The notes beneath the pieces were generated by a model that ran no database searches, was not told the origin of the DNA, and saw only the letters and a list, made by a program, of their open reading frames with translations. 64,000 nt of DNA from Bacillota bacterium. GTDB taxonomy: Bacteria > Bacillota > Sulfobacillia > JAJYWN01 > JAJZPE01. Below, in pieces: positions 48,775 to 59,927 of this stretch (the stretch's first letter is position 1; the number at the start of each line of letters is the position of its first letter). Location of the stretch: positions 90,181 to 154,180 of the forward strand of contig JAJYMC010000062.1 of assembly GCA_021787335.1 (NCBI GenBank). The letters run 5' to 3'. Position numbers and translations under genes: made by a program.

Positions 48775-49866
48775 GTGAGAGCCCGACTCACCACGACCGT
48801 GCTCATCATCGCCATCCTACTGGTCCCCGCGCTTGGCGGCTGCCGGCGCGCGCCTTCCGGGCCCGTCTCCAGCGCGACCCTTCCGCGGCAGGTCCACATG
48901 CTCGACGCCAATACCGGCTGGGGCCTCAACGGGCCGTTGGTCCTCCGCACCACCGATGGCGGCACCACATGGTACGATGTGACCCCCAGGGCCGCCGGGG
49001 CATCCATCATCGGCACTGATTTCTCCGACGCGGGCCACGGTTGGCTGGCCACCGTCGCCAACGAAGCCGGCCCGCTGACCATCTACCGCACGGCCGATGG
49101 GGGGAAGTCGTGGGCCAAGACGACGACCAACCTCACCACCATGGGCGCCCAGGTCCGGTTCGTCGACGCCACGCACGGCTGGATCCTCGTCAACCAGGGG
49201 GTGGCCGCGGGCAGCGAGGGCGTGGTTCTTCTGCGTACCCTGGACGGCGGGGCTTCGTGGACCGTGGTCAACCAGACCGCCCCGCAGAACCCGGCCCCGG
49301 GTCAGATCCCCTTCGGGGGCGGCAAGACCGGCTTCGCCTTCAGCGATGACAAGCACGGCTGGCTGACCGGCTACCAGCCGGTCGAAGGCCACGCCTACCT
49401 CTTCGCCACGGGCGACGGCGGCGCCACCTGGCAGCCCGCCGACCTGAAGCTTCCCAAAGACTATGCCCACTCCTGGTTGAGCACGCAGTCGCCGCTGTTC
49501 TTCTCGGCCACCGACGGCCTGCTCCCCGTGGTCTTCGGCGAACAGGGCCAGCCGACGGTCTTCTACGTCACCCACGACGGCGGGAAGACCTGGGCGCCCG
49601 GCGCTCCGGTCGTCTCGCCCGGCAACAACTCCTTCCTCTGGAGCTTCGCCGACGTCAAGCACGGCTTCGCCACCGACGGCGACCACCTCTTCGCCACGGC
49701 GGACGGCGGCGCGTCGTGGACCGAGGTGCGGACGGACCGCACCCTGGCCGGTACCACTCAGCTCTGGTTCGTCTCCGATCAGGTCGGCTGGGCGGCCAGC
49801 GACACCGTCCTCCTGAAGACCACGGACGGCGGTAAGACCTGGGCGATAGTCAAGCCGGGGAAGTGA
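48775..49866 (+). CDS. YCF48/BNR (Asp-box) beta-propeller lipoprotein
   Basis: Lipobox LGGC; seven TxDGGxxW repeats. Confidence 0.85.
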   Translation: MRARLTTTVLIIAILLVPALGGCRRAPSGPVSSATLPRQVHMLDANTGWGLNGPLVLRTTDGGTTWYDVTPRAAGASIIGTDFSDAGHGWLATVANEAGPLTIYRTADGGKSWAKTTTNLTTMGAQVRFVDATHGWILVNQGVAAGSEGVVLLRTLDGGASWTVVNQTAPQNPAPGQIPFGGGKTGFAFSDDKHGWLTGYQPVEGHAYLFATGDGGATWQPADLKLPKDYAHSWLSTQSPLFFSATDGLLPVVFGEQGQPTVFYVTHDGGKTWAPGAPVVSPGNNSFLWSFADVKHGFATDGDHLFATADGGASWTEVRTDRTLAGTTQLWFVSDQVGWAASDTVLLKTTDGGKTWAIVKPGK

Positions 49867-49961
49867 CCCGGCGAGCCGGGACTAAAAAAAAGAACCGGGG
49901 CCATCCTCACGGACGCGCCCCGGTCTTTGTCAGGTTGCCTTGCTCTAAGCCTTACCCTATG

Positions 49962-51020
49962 TTACTTGATGATGTAAACCTGCACATCCTGGAAGCCGAA
50001 GTCCATGACCGCTTGCGTACTGGCCTCGATGTAGATGTCGACGCGGTTGCCCTTGATGGCGCTCCCGGTGTCGGCCGCGATGCCGACGAACCCTCCGGAC
50101 GGTAGGTTCGGATGGTTGTACCCGGTCACGTAGACCTTGGTCCCCAGGGGGATGACCGTCGGATCGACGGCGATCATGCCGGGGGCCAGGCGGGCACCCT
50201 TCCAAGCGGCGTACGGTCCCCACTGGCCGTTCGACTGCGGCGTCGCGTCGTAGGCCGTGGCCACCAGGTCGAACTTCCGGCTGTAGGTCAGGACCTTGCC
50301 ATCAGGCGTCGTGACGGTGTTGGCGGGCTTGGTGCCCCCGCCCGACGTGTTACCGCCGGACGTGCCGGTCGTTGAGCCGCCCGTGTTGCCACTTGCGGCG
50401 CCGCCCGACGTGTTACCACCCGCCGTATTCCCGCCCGCCGGGTTCCCAGCGGGCGCGGGGCTGCCGATGACGCTCAGCCCCCTGGCGATGGTGTCGAAGG
50501 TGGCTTGGTCGACGACCTCGGTCACGTCCAGGCTGGCGGCCTGCTGAAACTGCAAGACGGCGGTCGCCGTCTCGCCCATCAGCACGCCGTTGATCGGCCC
50601 GACGTCATAGCCCAGGGCGGCCAGGTTCCGTTGCAGTGTCTCCACCGCCGGCCCGGCGTCGCCGACCGTCAGGTTCTGCGTCCCGTAAGCTTTGGTCACG
50701 TGGTTGAACCAGTCGTAGATGGCGGTTTGAATCGCCGTCCGCGTCGCCGGTCCGACCACGCCGTTGACCGTCAGACCCTGAGCGGCCTGAAAGGACTTGA
50801 CCCTGGCCAGGGTCACCGGCCCGAAGTAACCGGTGTACATCTTCACGGGATAGCCGAGGAGGTCCAGGTCTGATTGGAGCACGGACACCTGACTGGAATC
50901 GTCGCCATAGGCGAGCCGATCGGTCAGGGGAGCCGCTGACGTTGCCCGGGGCCCGAGGGCCAGGGCGGCGGCCAGGACCAGCCCACCGGCGGCCAGGAGA
51001 AGGCCTCGGTGATGCTTCAA
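49962..51020 (-). CDS. Peptidoglycan-binding plus 3D domain cell-wall enzyme
   Basis: Two PG_binding_1 repeats, G/N/T linker, ATAY..IAVDPTVIPLGT..ADTGSAIKGNRVDIY. Confidence 0.9.
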   Translation of the reverse strand: MKHHRGLLLAAGGLVLAAALALGPRATSAAPLTDRLAYGDDSSQVSVLQSDLDLLGYPVKMYTGYFGPVTLARVKSFQAAQGLTVNGVVGPATRTAIQTAIYDWFNHVTKAYGTQNLTVGDAGPAVETLQRNLAALGYDVGPINGVLMGETATAVLQFQQAASLDVTEVVDQATFDTIARGLSVIGSPAPAGNPAGGNTAGGNTSGGAASGNTGGSTTGTSGGNTSGGGTKPANTVTTPDGKVLTYSRKFDLVATAYDATPQSNGQWGPYAAWKGARLAPGMIAVDPTVIPLGTKVYVTGYNHPNLPSGGFVGIAADTGSAIKGNRVDIYIEASTQAVMDFGFQDVQVYIIK

Positions 51021-51044
51021 GTAATCGACTCCTTTCCCTTTTCT

Positions 51045-51238
51045 TAGCCGCCGAGGTTAGTTGACGGGTTAGGACGGAGGAATAACCGCCCTCGAGCGCC
51101 GCCCGGTCAGGGCTTGTCCGCGATGACAACTCGACCGGTCGGGAGGCCGCCCGTTCACCCCAGATGCGTATCCCCCGGTCCCTCGCTGCCGCGGTCGTCC
51201 GAGCAACCGCGTGCCTGGATTAACGAGAGATTAGGCTG
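51045..51238 (-). ncRNA. c-di-AMP (ydaO/yuaA) riboswitch
   Basis: Minus strand AGCCTAATC...GGACCGGGGGA...TGGGGTGAA...AGGG...CCTAACCCGTCAACTAACCTCGGCGGCT; upstream of a cell-wall hydrolase. Confidence 0.85.
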
Positions 51239-51245
51239 TATGGTA

Positions 51246-51274
51246 ATAATACCAGGTAGCTCTGGCAAAGTCAT
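51246..51274 (-). promoter_or_regulatory. sigma70 promoter for the riboswitch leader
   Basis: ATGACT-N17-TATTAT with an extended -10 TG. Confidence 0.55.
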
Positions 51275-51319
51275 TCGCCGAGAGCCGCGCTCTTGTGTCC
51301 GTAGCTGGGGAGTTAACGT

Positions 51320-51345
51320 AAAACGCCCGCCGTCAGGCGGGCGTT
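51320..51345 (-). terminator. Intrinsic terminator after oppF
   Basis: AACGCCCGCC-GTCA-GGCGGGCGTT. Confidence 0.7.
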
Positions 51346-51415
51346 CGCAACTTCTTTCAAGCTCAGGGGGAGATTCCAGGATCGTCCAGACGGGAGCCCC
51401 GCGGGACTGGCGGCC

Positions 51416-52437
51416 TCAGGCCAGGTGGCAGGCCACCTCGTGACCGTCGGCGATCTTCCGCAGCTCCGGCTCTTCCTGTCGGCAACGGTCGGTGGTATAG
51501 GGGCAGCGGGTGTGGAACCGGCAGCCCGACGGCGGGTTGACCGGGCTCGGCACGTCGCCCTCGAGGATGATCCGCTCGCGGTGCCCCTTCGGGTCGGGGA
51601 TGGGGATGGCCGAGACGAGGGCCTTCGTATACGGGTGGGCGGCCATCCGGTAAAGCTCGTCGCCCGGGGCCATCTCGACCAGCTTGCCGAGGTACATCAC
51701 GCCGATGCGGTCGCTGACATGCTTGACCACGTGGAGGCCGTGGGCGATGAAGAGGAAGGTCACGCCCAGGTCGGCCTGGAGGTCGGAGAGGAGGTTGAGG
51801 ATCTGCGACTGGATGGACACGTCGAGGGCCGAGACCGGCTCGTCGGCCACGATCAGCTTCGGGTTCATGGCCAGGGCGCGGGCGATGCCGATGCGCTGCC
51901 GCTGCCCGCCGGAGAACTCGTGGGGGAAACGGCGGGCGTGGGCGGCCTGCAGGCCGACCCGGTCGAGGAGGTCCATGACCCGCTTGTCGCGTTCCTTGCC
52001 GCGGGCGATACCGTGGAAGGCCATGGCCTCACCGACGATGTCGAGGACCGTCAACCGCGGGTTGAGCGAGGCGTACGGGTCCTGGAAGATGACCTGCATC
52101 TGCGGACGCCGCCGCCGCAGCTGGTTCTTGTTCAGCTTGACGAGGTCGGTGCCGTCGAACCAGACCTGGCCCGAATCGGGCTCGATGAGGCGCAGCATGG
52201 TCCGGGCGACGGTGGTCTTGCCGCAGCCGGACTCGCCGACCAGCCCGAGGGTCTCCTGGCGGGCGATGCTGAAGCTGACGTTGTCGACGGCCTTCAGGTG
52301 GGCCACCGGCCGGCTGATGATGCCGCCCATGATGGGGAACCACTTGACCAGGTTGCGGACCTCGACCAGGTTGGCCGGGTCGGGCTTGTAGGCCTGGGCC
52401 TGAGCCTGGGCCTCGATCAGCTTGCGGGCGGGGACGC

Positions 52438-52441
<4 letters not shown>
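51416..52441 (-). CDS. oppF: Oligo/dipeptide ABC transporter ATPase
   Basis: [38 protein letters not shown]. Confidence 0.9.
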
Positions 52442-53499
<1,058 letters not shown>

Positions 53500-53516
53500 C
53501 ACTCCGCCCAGTTAGG

Positions 53517-54722
53517 CTATTTAATCACGCGCCTAGCACCAATGTACTGTTTATCCAGAGTAGCGCTGAAATCCTTGTCGTTTGGGCTGAAACTATAAAC
53601 TACCACACCGGCGCTGGCCGCGTTGATGTAGCGGTCATTGCCGATATAGATGCCGACGTGCGACGGGCCGGACTTGTAGGTGCTGAAGTAGACCAGGTCA
53701 CCCGGTTTGAGCTGCGACCGGTCGGGGACCGGGTCGCCCACGGCGTACTGCATGTCGGCGTCCCGCGGGAGGTCGTAGCCGTTGGTCCGGAAGGCGAACT
53801 GGGTGAAGCCGGAGCAGTCGAAGCCCCGGCCGCTGGTCCCGCCCCAGAGGTAGGGGAGGCCCAGGAAGAGCTTGGCCGTGGCGATGACCCCGTCGGGGCC
53901 GCGTTTGGCCGCGAAGACCTGCTGCTCGGCCGGGGACAGACGGATGGCCGCCACATCGACCCAGCCGCTCTTGCCCCCCGGCAGGAGGACCTTGGCGAAG
54001 CCGGACTTGGCCGGTTCCGCCGGGGCGGGCAGGTCGGTCCCGATGGTCGCCTCGGCCAGGACCTTGGCCCCCTTGGAGGGGTTCTCGTAGACCCGCGTCG
54101 TCCGGGCGGTGACGACGGCCCGCTGTCCGGTGAGCCAGGCGTCCAGGCCGGCCCTATCGACGATGGTCAGGCGGGCGGCCGCCACCCAGCCGAGGTAGCC
54201 GTCGTACTCCAAGCGCACGCGGTACCAGCCGTCCTTCTCCTGGAGGAGGTCGACGGTCATCCCCAGGAGGCCCTGGGTGACGAGGTGCTTGCCCTCGTCC
54301 GCGCCCGGGCCGTCGCCCAGATTGACCACGGCCTGGTTGAGCACGGCGTACTTCTTGGCGCCCAGCTTCGCCTCGGGCAGCAGGGCCAGCCGGTCGACGA
54401 CCCGGCGGACCCCTTCGACCTTGGCCACCGACGAGGTGACCACGGTCCGGACCTTCTCGTCGCTGACGGCTCCGTTCAGGGTGACCACGCCGCGGCGGGC
54501 GGCGGGCGAGACGTCGGCCACATAGAGCCGCGAGTCGAGGTCGGCCGCGCCGACGGCCTTCTCGATGGCCTTCTGCGCGTCCGCCGTGAGTTTGTCGTCC
54601 GGCACCTTCGGCCCGCGCAGGGCCATGAACGCGCCGACGGCGAGGCCGATGACAAAGACAGCTCCGATGATTGCTCCGATCATGATCAGGCGTCGTCTCG
54701 CTTTTCTGCGGAGTGGTGACAT
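53517..54722 (-). CDS. TM-BON-SH3-SH3-NlpC/P60 peptidase (YkfC-like)
   Basis: GVVTLNGAV..VEGVRRVVDRL (BON); DGYLGWV; PYLWGG..FDCSG..LPRDA..HVGIY. Confidence 0.85.
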   Translation of the reverse strand: MSPLRRKARRRLIMIGAIIGAVFVIGLAVGAFMALRGPKVPDDKLTADAQKAIEKAVGAADLDSRLYVADVSPAARRGVVTLNGAVSDEKVRTVVTSSVAKVEGVRRVVDRLALLPEAKLGAKKYAVLNQAVVNLGDGPGADEGKHLVTQGLLGMTVDLLQEKDGWYRVRLEYDGYLGWVAAARLTIVDRAGLDAWLTGQRAVVTARTTRVYENPSKGAKVLAEATIGTDLPAPAEPAKSGFAKVLLPGGKSGWVDVAAIRLSPAEQQVFAAKRGPDGVIATAKLFLGLPYLWGGTSGRGFDCSGFTQFAFRTNGYDLPRDADMQYAVGDPVPDRSQLKPGDLVYFSTYKSGPSHVGIYIGNDRYINAASAGVVVYSFSPNDKDFSATLDKQYIGARRVIK

Positions 54723-54765
54723 GCGCGCCTCCCGTCGTGGTCAAGCAGCCGCAGACAAGCGGCCC

Positions 54766-54873
54766 TCAGTTCTTCAGTCGCGGATCGAGCGCGTCCCGGA
54801 GCCCGTCGCCGAAAAGATTGAAAGCGAAGACAACTATCATTATAGCGACCCCGGGGAAAATCGAGAAGTAGGG
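54766..54873 (-). pseudogene. Last ~35 codons of an OppC/DppC permease
   Basis: [35 protein letters not shown], the signature OppC C-terminus. Confidence 0.85.
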
Positions 54874-54975
54874 CCTTGATTTTCCGCCAAAATCGCTGAA
54901 GTTTAATGGACAGAATTCACTGGCAAAAGGTCTATTGACAGCGACGACGAAGATACGTGGCTCGGAGGTATCCCC

Positions 54976-56208
54976 ATGGGTCGATTGCGCGGCCGCCTGA
55001 AGCCACATAAGGACGCCATCATCATCGGGCTGTCACTCCTCTTGTGGAGTCTCGGGCTGGGCCTGTACAACTTCATCTGGCCGGCCTATGTCCGCGGGCT
55101 CGGGGCCACGGCCGTCGACTACGGCCTCCTGGTGGCCATCGGCATGCTGGCCTCCAGTGTGGCGTCCCTGCCCGGCGGGGTCTGGGCCGACCTCTATGAC
55201 CGCAAGGCCGTCCTCATCATCGGCTGGGCCGTGGCCCTGCCGGCCCCGATCATCTACGCCTTCGCCCCCGACTGGCGCTGGCTCGCCGCCGGGCTGGTCT
55301 TCTACATGGTCTCGGCCGGGTCGAACCCGGCCCTGCAGGCCTACATCGTCCATGCGACGCCGCCCGAGCGCCTGGGGGCGACCTTCAACCTCGTCTTTGC
55401 CGGCTTCCCGCTGGGCCTCGTCGTCTCGCCGCCGATCGGCGGCTGGATGGCCGAGCGCTATGGCATGCGGACCGTCTTCTATGCCGCCTTTGTCTTCTAC
55501 CTGCTCTCGACGATCATCCTCTTCTGGCTCAGCGGACAGCGCGCGGCGGTCGGGGCGCGGGCGGGATGGGCCGAGGCCTTCGACCCGCGCGTCTGGCTGA
55601 AGGGGTTCAGCCGAGCCAACCTCAACCGGCAGGTCCTGGTCGTCTCGGCCGCCTTCGCCGCCGCCCTGGCCATCCAGCAGGTCGGCCTGCCCTTCGCGAC
55701 GCCGCTCCTCCAGGACCTGACCGGTCTGGACCTGGTCGCCGTCGGCCGCCTTGGTTCCGTGGCGGCTCTGTCGGCCTTCGTCCTGTCGCCGCTCATCGGG
55801 CGGCTGGCCGACCGCGTCGGCCACGCCGAGACATTGGTCGTTTCACTCTTCATCTTCGCCGCTTCGATGGCCCTCGTGGCCGCCTTCCCGGCTTCTCTGC
55901 CGCTGGTGATGATCGGGTTCATTCTGCGCGGGGCGGGCGACGGGGCCCGCGGGCTGATGACCGCCGGCGTAGGTCGGTTCATCGGCAAGGCCGCCCTCGG
56001 GCAGGCCTACGGCGTCTATAACGTCCTCGTCGGGCTGTTCTCCATCGTCACCCCGTACGCCGGCGGGTGGCTCTACGAACTGGGCCCTACCTGGCCTTTC
56101 TGGGTCACGGCGGGGCTGACGGCCCTGGTCGCCTTCCCGCTCGCCCCGCTGATGGACCCGACCGTTCGACACGGGGGAGGAACGGCGCCGGGGGGCGGAG
56201 AAGGGTAA
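54976..56208 (+). CDS. MFS transporter
   Basis: [19 protein letters not shown], multiple TM helices. Confidence 0.85.
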   Translation: MGRLRGRLKPHKDAIIIGLSLLLWSLGLGLYNFIWPAYVRGLGATAVDYGLLVAIGMLASSVASLPGGVWADLYDRKAVLIIGWAVALPAPIIYAFAPDWRWLAAGLVFYMVSAGSNPALQAYIVHATPPERLGATFNLVFAGFPLGLVVSPPIGGWMAERYGMRTVFYAAFVFYLLSTIILFWLSGQRAAVGARAGWAEAFDPRVWLKGFSRANLNRQVLVVSAAFAAALAIQQVGLPFATPLLQDLTGLDLVAVGRLGSVAALSAFVLSPLIGRLADRVGHAETLVVSLFIFAASMALVAAFPASLPLVMIGFILRGAGDGARGLMTAGVGRFIGKAALGQAYGVYNVLVGLFSIVTPYAGGWLYELGPTWPFWVTAGLTALVAFPLAPLMDPTVRHGGGTAPGGGEG

Positions 56209-56345
56209 AACTGGCCTTGGGGTCTTAGCGACTCCATTTTGTTTCGGCCGGGTCCGCCCTCTGGGCGACCCGGCCCCATTTTGTGCCTGGCCGAGAGCCG
56301 TCTAGCTGAGGTTATGCTGAGCGAACAGGACGAGCGCCGCTCGGC

Positions 56346-56391
56346 AGGAGTGGACGGGCGGCCGGCGAATCCCATCCACTGGTCTGACCAG
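56346..56391 (+). promoter_or_regulatory. sigmaH-like promoter plus FadR/LldR-type operator
   Basis: AGGA-N17-GAAT (56346-56370), then palindrome CTGGTCTGACCAG (56379-56391). Confidence 0.7.
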
Positions 56392-56423
56392 CAGACATGA
56401 CAACCAGGTGGTGCAGATGACCA

Positions 56424-57161
56424 ATGGTCAAGACGACGGCGCCGACCAGTGAGGGACCGGATCTGGAACGGACCTTCACGACCATCACCCGTGAGCGCAT
56501 CTTCGAGAAGATCGTCGACCAGATCGTCGACCTCATCCGCCGCAACAAGTACCGGCCGGGCGACGCCATCCCGAGCCAGCGCGAACTGGCTCAGGTCCTG
56601 AAGGTCAGCCGGACGGCCGTCCGCGAGGCCATGACCGTCCTCGAGAAGGCCGGCCTGCTCGAGGTCAGGGCGGGGGCCCGGACCATCGTCCGTCGCTCGC
56701 CCGGGCCCGACCAGGAACCCCTCGACTTCGCCGGCCTGATGAGCAAGGCCGACCTGGCCCAGCTCCTGGAACTGCGGACGATGCTCGAGGGCGAGGTGGC
56801 CGCCGCGGCCGCGGACAAGGCCACCGACGAAGAGCTGGTCCGCGTGGCCGAGGCGGTCGAGGCCATGGAGCGGGCCGTCGCCGCCGGGCGCCTGGACACC
56901 GACGAGGACTACACCTTTCACGTGCAGGTCACCCTGGCCTGCCACAACCCGATCATCTTCAAGTTCTGGAACGCCCTCTCCGATCTCATCAGCCGGGAGA
57001 TCCTTCACTGCCGTCTGCAGAGCCTGGCCCGCGGCCAGACCGGGCTGGCCGCCACCGAGCACCGCGAGGTCTTCGCGGCCCTCCGGGCCCGCGACGCCGA
57101 AGGGGCGCGACGGGCCATGCGGCGGCACCTCATGAACGTCAAGGCCCGCTACGGGGTCTGA
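56424..57161 (+). CDS. FadR/GntR family regulator
   Basis: PSQRELAQVLKVSRTAVREA HTH; FCD domain D..FH..HNP..EH. Confidence 0.9.
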   Translation: MVKTTAPTSEGPDLERTFTTITRERIFEKIVDQIVDLIRRNKYRPGDAIPSQRELAQVLKVSRTAVREAMTVLEKAGLLEVRAGARTIVRRSPGPDQEPLDFAGLMSKADLAQLLELRTMLEGEVAAAAADKATDEELVRVAEAVEAMERAVAAGRLDTDEDYTFHVQVTLACHNPIIFKFWNALSDLISREILHCRLQSLARGQTGLAATEHREVFAALRARDAEGARRAMRRHLMNVKARYGV

Positions 57162-57174
57162 GGGGGGAAGCCGC

Positions 57175-58443
57175 GTGGAGCTGCCCGACATGTACCGCAT
57201 CGCCCAGGTCTTCCCCCGTCCCCGGGAGGCCGGTCCGGCCGAGGCCGTCGTCCGCGAACTGAAGGCCCTCGGGCTTGACCGGGCCATCAAGCCGGGGGCG
57301 CGGGTCGCCATCACCGCCGGGAGCCGCGGCATCGCCGGCATCGCGCCCATGCTCCGGGCGGCGGCCGCCTTCGTCCGCGCCGCCGGGGCCGACCCCCACG
57401 TGGTCGCGGCCATGGGCAGCCATGGCGGCGGCACAGTCGACGGCCAGCTGGCCGTGCTCGAGAGCCTCGGCATCACCGAGGCGTCGGTCGGCGCGCCCAT
57501 CGTTGCCGGGACCGAGACGGTCTCCCTCGGCCGCTCGCCCAGCGGCCTCGACGTCCACTTCGACCGCTTCGCCGCCGGCTGCGACGGGATCATCGTCATC
57601 AACCGGGTCAAGTTCCACACGACCTTCACCGCCCCCAACGAGAGCGGGCTGCTCAAGATGCTCGTCGTCGGCCTTGGCAAGGAGAGGGGCGCGACCCAGT
57701 TCCACGGCCTCGGCCAGGGCGACCTGCCCGTCCTCCTGCCGGAGCTGGCCCGGGTCATCCTGGCCAAGATGCCCGTCCTGGGCGGCCTGGCCATCGTCGA
57801 GAATGCGTATGAAGAGACGGCCCTCGTGAGGGGCGTGCCCACGGCGACCATGGTCGAAGACGAGCAGGCCCTCCTGCGCCACGCCGCGGGGCTCTTGCCG
57901 CGCCTGCCCGTCGACGACATCGACCTCCTCATCGTCGACGAGATGGGCAAGGACTTCAGCGGCACCGGGCTGGACACCAAGGTCATCGGCCGGATGCGCC
58001 TCGACCGCGTCCCCGAGCCCGCGCGTCCGATGGTGAAGAAGATCGTCGTCCTCGACCTGTCCGAGGCCTCCCACGGCAACGCCAACGGCCTCAACCTGGC
58101 CGACGTCGTCACCCGGCGGCTGGCGGCCAGGGTCGATTACGCGGCCACCGCGGCCAACTGCACGGCGACGACCTTCCTCCAGCGGGCGGCCACCCCCCTG
58201 ACCATGGACACCGACCGTGAGGCCGTCGTCATGGCCTTCCGCGGCCTCGGCGCCCTGGACTGGCCGGCGGCCCGCGTCGTCAACATCCGGAACACGCTTC
58301 AGTTGGATGAAGTGGCGGTCTCCGCCGGCGTCCTCGAGACCCTCAGGCGGGAGGCCGCCGACCGCTTCCGGGTAGTGGCCGGCCCGGCCCCGCTAGCCTT
58401 CAACGATGACGGCAGCCTCAGAAGGTGGTGGCGGCCCAGATGA
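57175..58443 (+). CDS. LarA-superfamily (DUF2088) putative 2-hydroxyacid racemase/epimerase
   Basis: AITAGSRGI, AMGSHGG, NRVKFHT, ESGLLKM, GKDFSGTGLD, HGNA. Confidence 0.75.
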   Translation: MELPDMYRIAQVFPRPREAGPAEAVVRELKALGLDRAIKPGARVAITAGSRGIAGIAPMLRAAAAFVRAAGADPHVVAAMGSHGGGTVDGQLAVLESLGITEASVGAPIVAGTETVSLGRSPSGLDVHFDRFAAGCDGIIVINRVKFHTTFTAPNESGLLKMLVVGLGKERGATQFHGLGQGDLPVLLPELARVILAKMPVLGGLAIVENAYEETALVRGVPTATMVEDEQALLRHAAGLLPRLPVDDIDLLIVDEMGKDFSGTGLDTKVIGRMRLDRVPEPARPMVKKIVVLDLSEASHGNANGLNLADVVTRRLAARVDYAATAANCTATTFLQRAATPLTMDTDREAVVMAFRGLGALDWPAARVVNIRNTLQLDEVAVSAGVLETLRREAADRFRVVAGPAPLAFNDDGSLRRWWRPR

Positions 58444-59927
58444 TGGCCAACCGGGAGCCGGCGGTCGACCGCGCCTTTCTCAAAGAGCTGACCCGCGTCG
58501 TCGGACCGGACCGCGTCCTGACCAAGCTCGAATCGCGCTACGCCTACGGCCTCGACGCCACCTACCACCAGGCCGCCCCGGACGTCGTGGTCAGGGTCCG
58601 TAAGGCCGACGAGGTCTCGCGGGTCCTGCGCCTGTGCCATCGCGAGGGTGTCCCGGTCACGCCGCGCGGCGCCGGGACGAGCTTCTCCGGTGGGCCCATC
58701 CCGCTGGCCGGTGGGGTCAGCCTGGCCCTGCAGGGGATGAACCGGGTCCTCGAGTTCAGCCCGGGCGACTCCCTGGCCGTCGTCGAGCCGGGCGTGGTCA
58801 CCGGCGACCTGCAGCGACTGGTCGAGGCGGAGGGCTGGTACTACCCGCCCGATCCGCAGAGCGCGGACTTCTGCACCATCGGCGGCAACATCGCCGAGAA
58901 CGCCTCGGGCCCGCACGGGGTCAAGTACGGCTCGACCCGCGACTACCTCCTGGGCCTCGAGGTCGTCCTGCCTGACGGCGAGGTCATCACCGTCGGCGGC
59001 CGGACCATCAAGAACGTCACCGGCTTCGACCTGACCCGCCTGTTCTGCTCGTCCGAGGGGATGCTCGGCGTGGTCACCAAGGCCACCGTCAAGCTCATCC
59101 CCAGGCCCGAGAGCAAGGTCGTCCTCCTGGCCTTCTTCAAGGACTGGGCCCAGGGTGGCCGGGCCGTGGCCGACATCTTCGCCGCCGGCATCCTGCCGAC
59201 GACCCTCGAGATCATGGACGACGTCTCCATCCGCACCGTCGAGGAGTACGGCCACTTCGGCCTGAGGCTGGACGCCGGGGCGATGCTCCTCATCGAGGTC
59301 GACGGCTTCATTGAGACCATGGACCGCCAGGGCCGGGCCGTCTCGGCCATCTGCGAAAAGGCCGGGGCCATGGAGGTCCGCGTCGCCCACGACCCGGCCC
59401 GACAGGCCGAGCTGTGGAAGGCCCGCAAGGTCCTCTCCCCGGCCACCTCCCGGCTCGCCCCGACCCGCGTCTCCGAGGATGTCACCGTCCCGCGGTCGCG
59501 CCTTCCCGAGCTGGTCGTGCGGCTCAAGGAGGTGGGGAAGGAGGTCGGGCTGCCGATCATCGTCTTCGGCCACGCCGGCGACGGCAACCTGCACCCCGGC
59601 ATCCTCACCGACGAGCGCGACCCGGACAAATGGGCCCGCGCCGAGCGCGCCGTCGAACTGTGCTTCAAGCACACCATCGAACTGGGCGGGACCCTCTCCG
59701 GTGAGCACGGCGTGGGCTTCATGAAGTCGCCGTTCCTGCCCCTCGAATACGGCGAACGGGCGATCAGGCTGATGAAGGATCTCAAGGGCGCGGTCGACCC
59801 GAAGGGCATCCTCAACCCCGGCAAGATGTTCCCCGACCCGCGCAACCCCTTGCGGGCGGGCGGCCCGGCTGCAGGGGCGGCGGTCGGTCAGCCTGGCCCG
59901 GCGGGCGGTGAGCGCCATGGACCCTGA
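58440..59927 (+). CDS. glcD: FAD-linked 2-hydroxyacid dehydrogenase
   Basis: PRGAGT, YPPDP, TIGGNIAENASG, GHAGDGNLHP, SGEHGVG, LNPGK. Confidence 0.85.
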   Translation: MMANREPAVDRAFLKELTRVVGPDRVLTKLESRYAYGLDATYHQAAPDVVVRVRKADEVSRVLRLCHREGVPVTPRGAGTSFSGGPIPLAGGVSLALQGMNRVLEFSPGDSLAVVEPGVVTGDLQRLVEAEGWYYPPDPQSADFCTIGGNIAENASGPHGVKYGSTRDYLLGLEVVLPDGEVITVGGRTIKNVTGFDLTRLFCSSEGMLGVVTKATVKLIPRPESKVVLLAFFKDWAQGGRAVADIFAAGILPTTLEIMDDVSIRTVEEYGHFGLRLDAGAMLLIEVDGFIETMDRQGRAVSAICEKAGAMEVRVAHDPARQAELWKARKVLSPATSRLAPTRVSEDVTVPRSRLPELVVRLKEVGKEVGLPIIVFGHAGDGNLHPGILTDERDPDKWARAERAVELCFKHTIELGGTLSGEHGVGFMKSPFLPLEYGERAIRLMKDLKGAVDPKGILNPGKMFPDPRNPLRAGGPAAGAAVGQPGPAGGERHGP

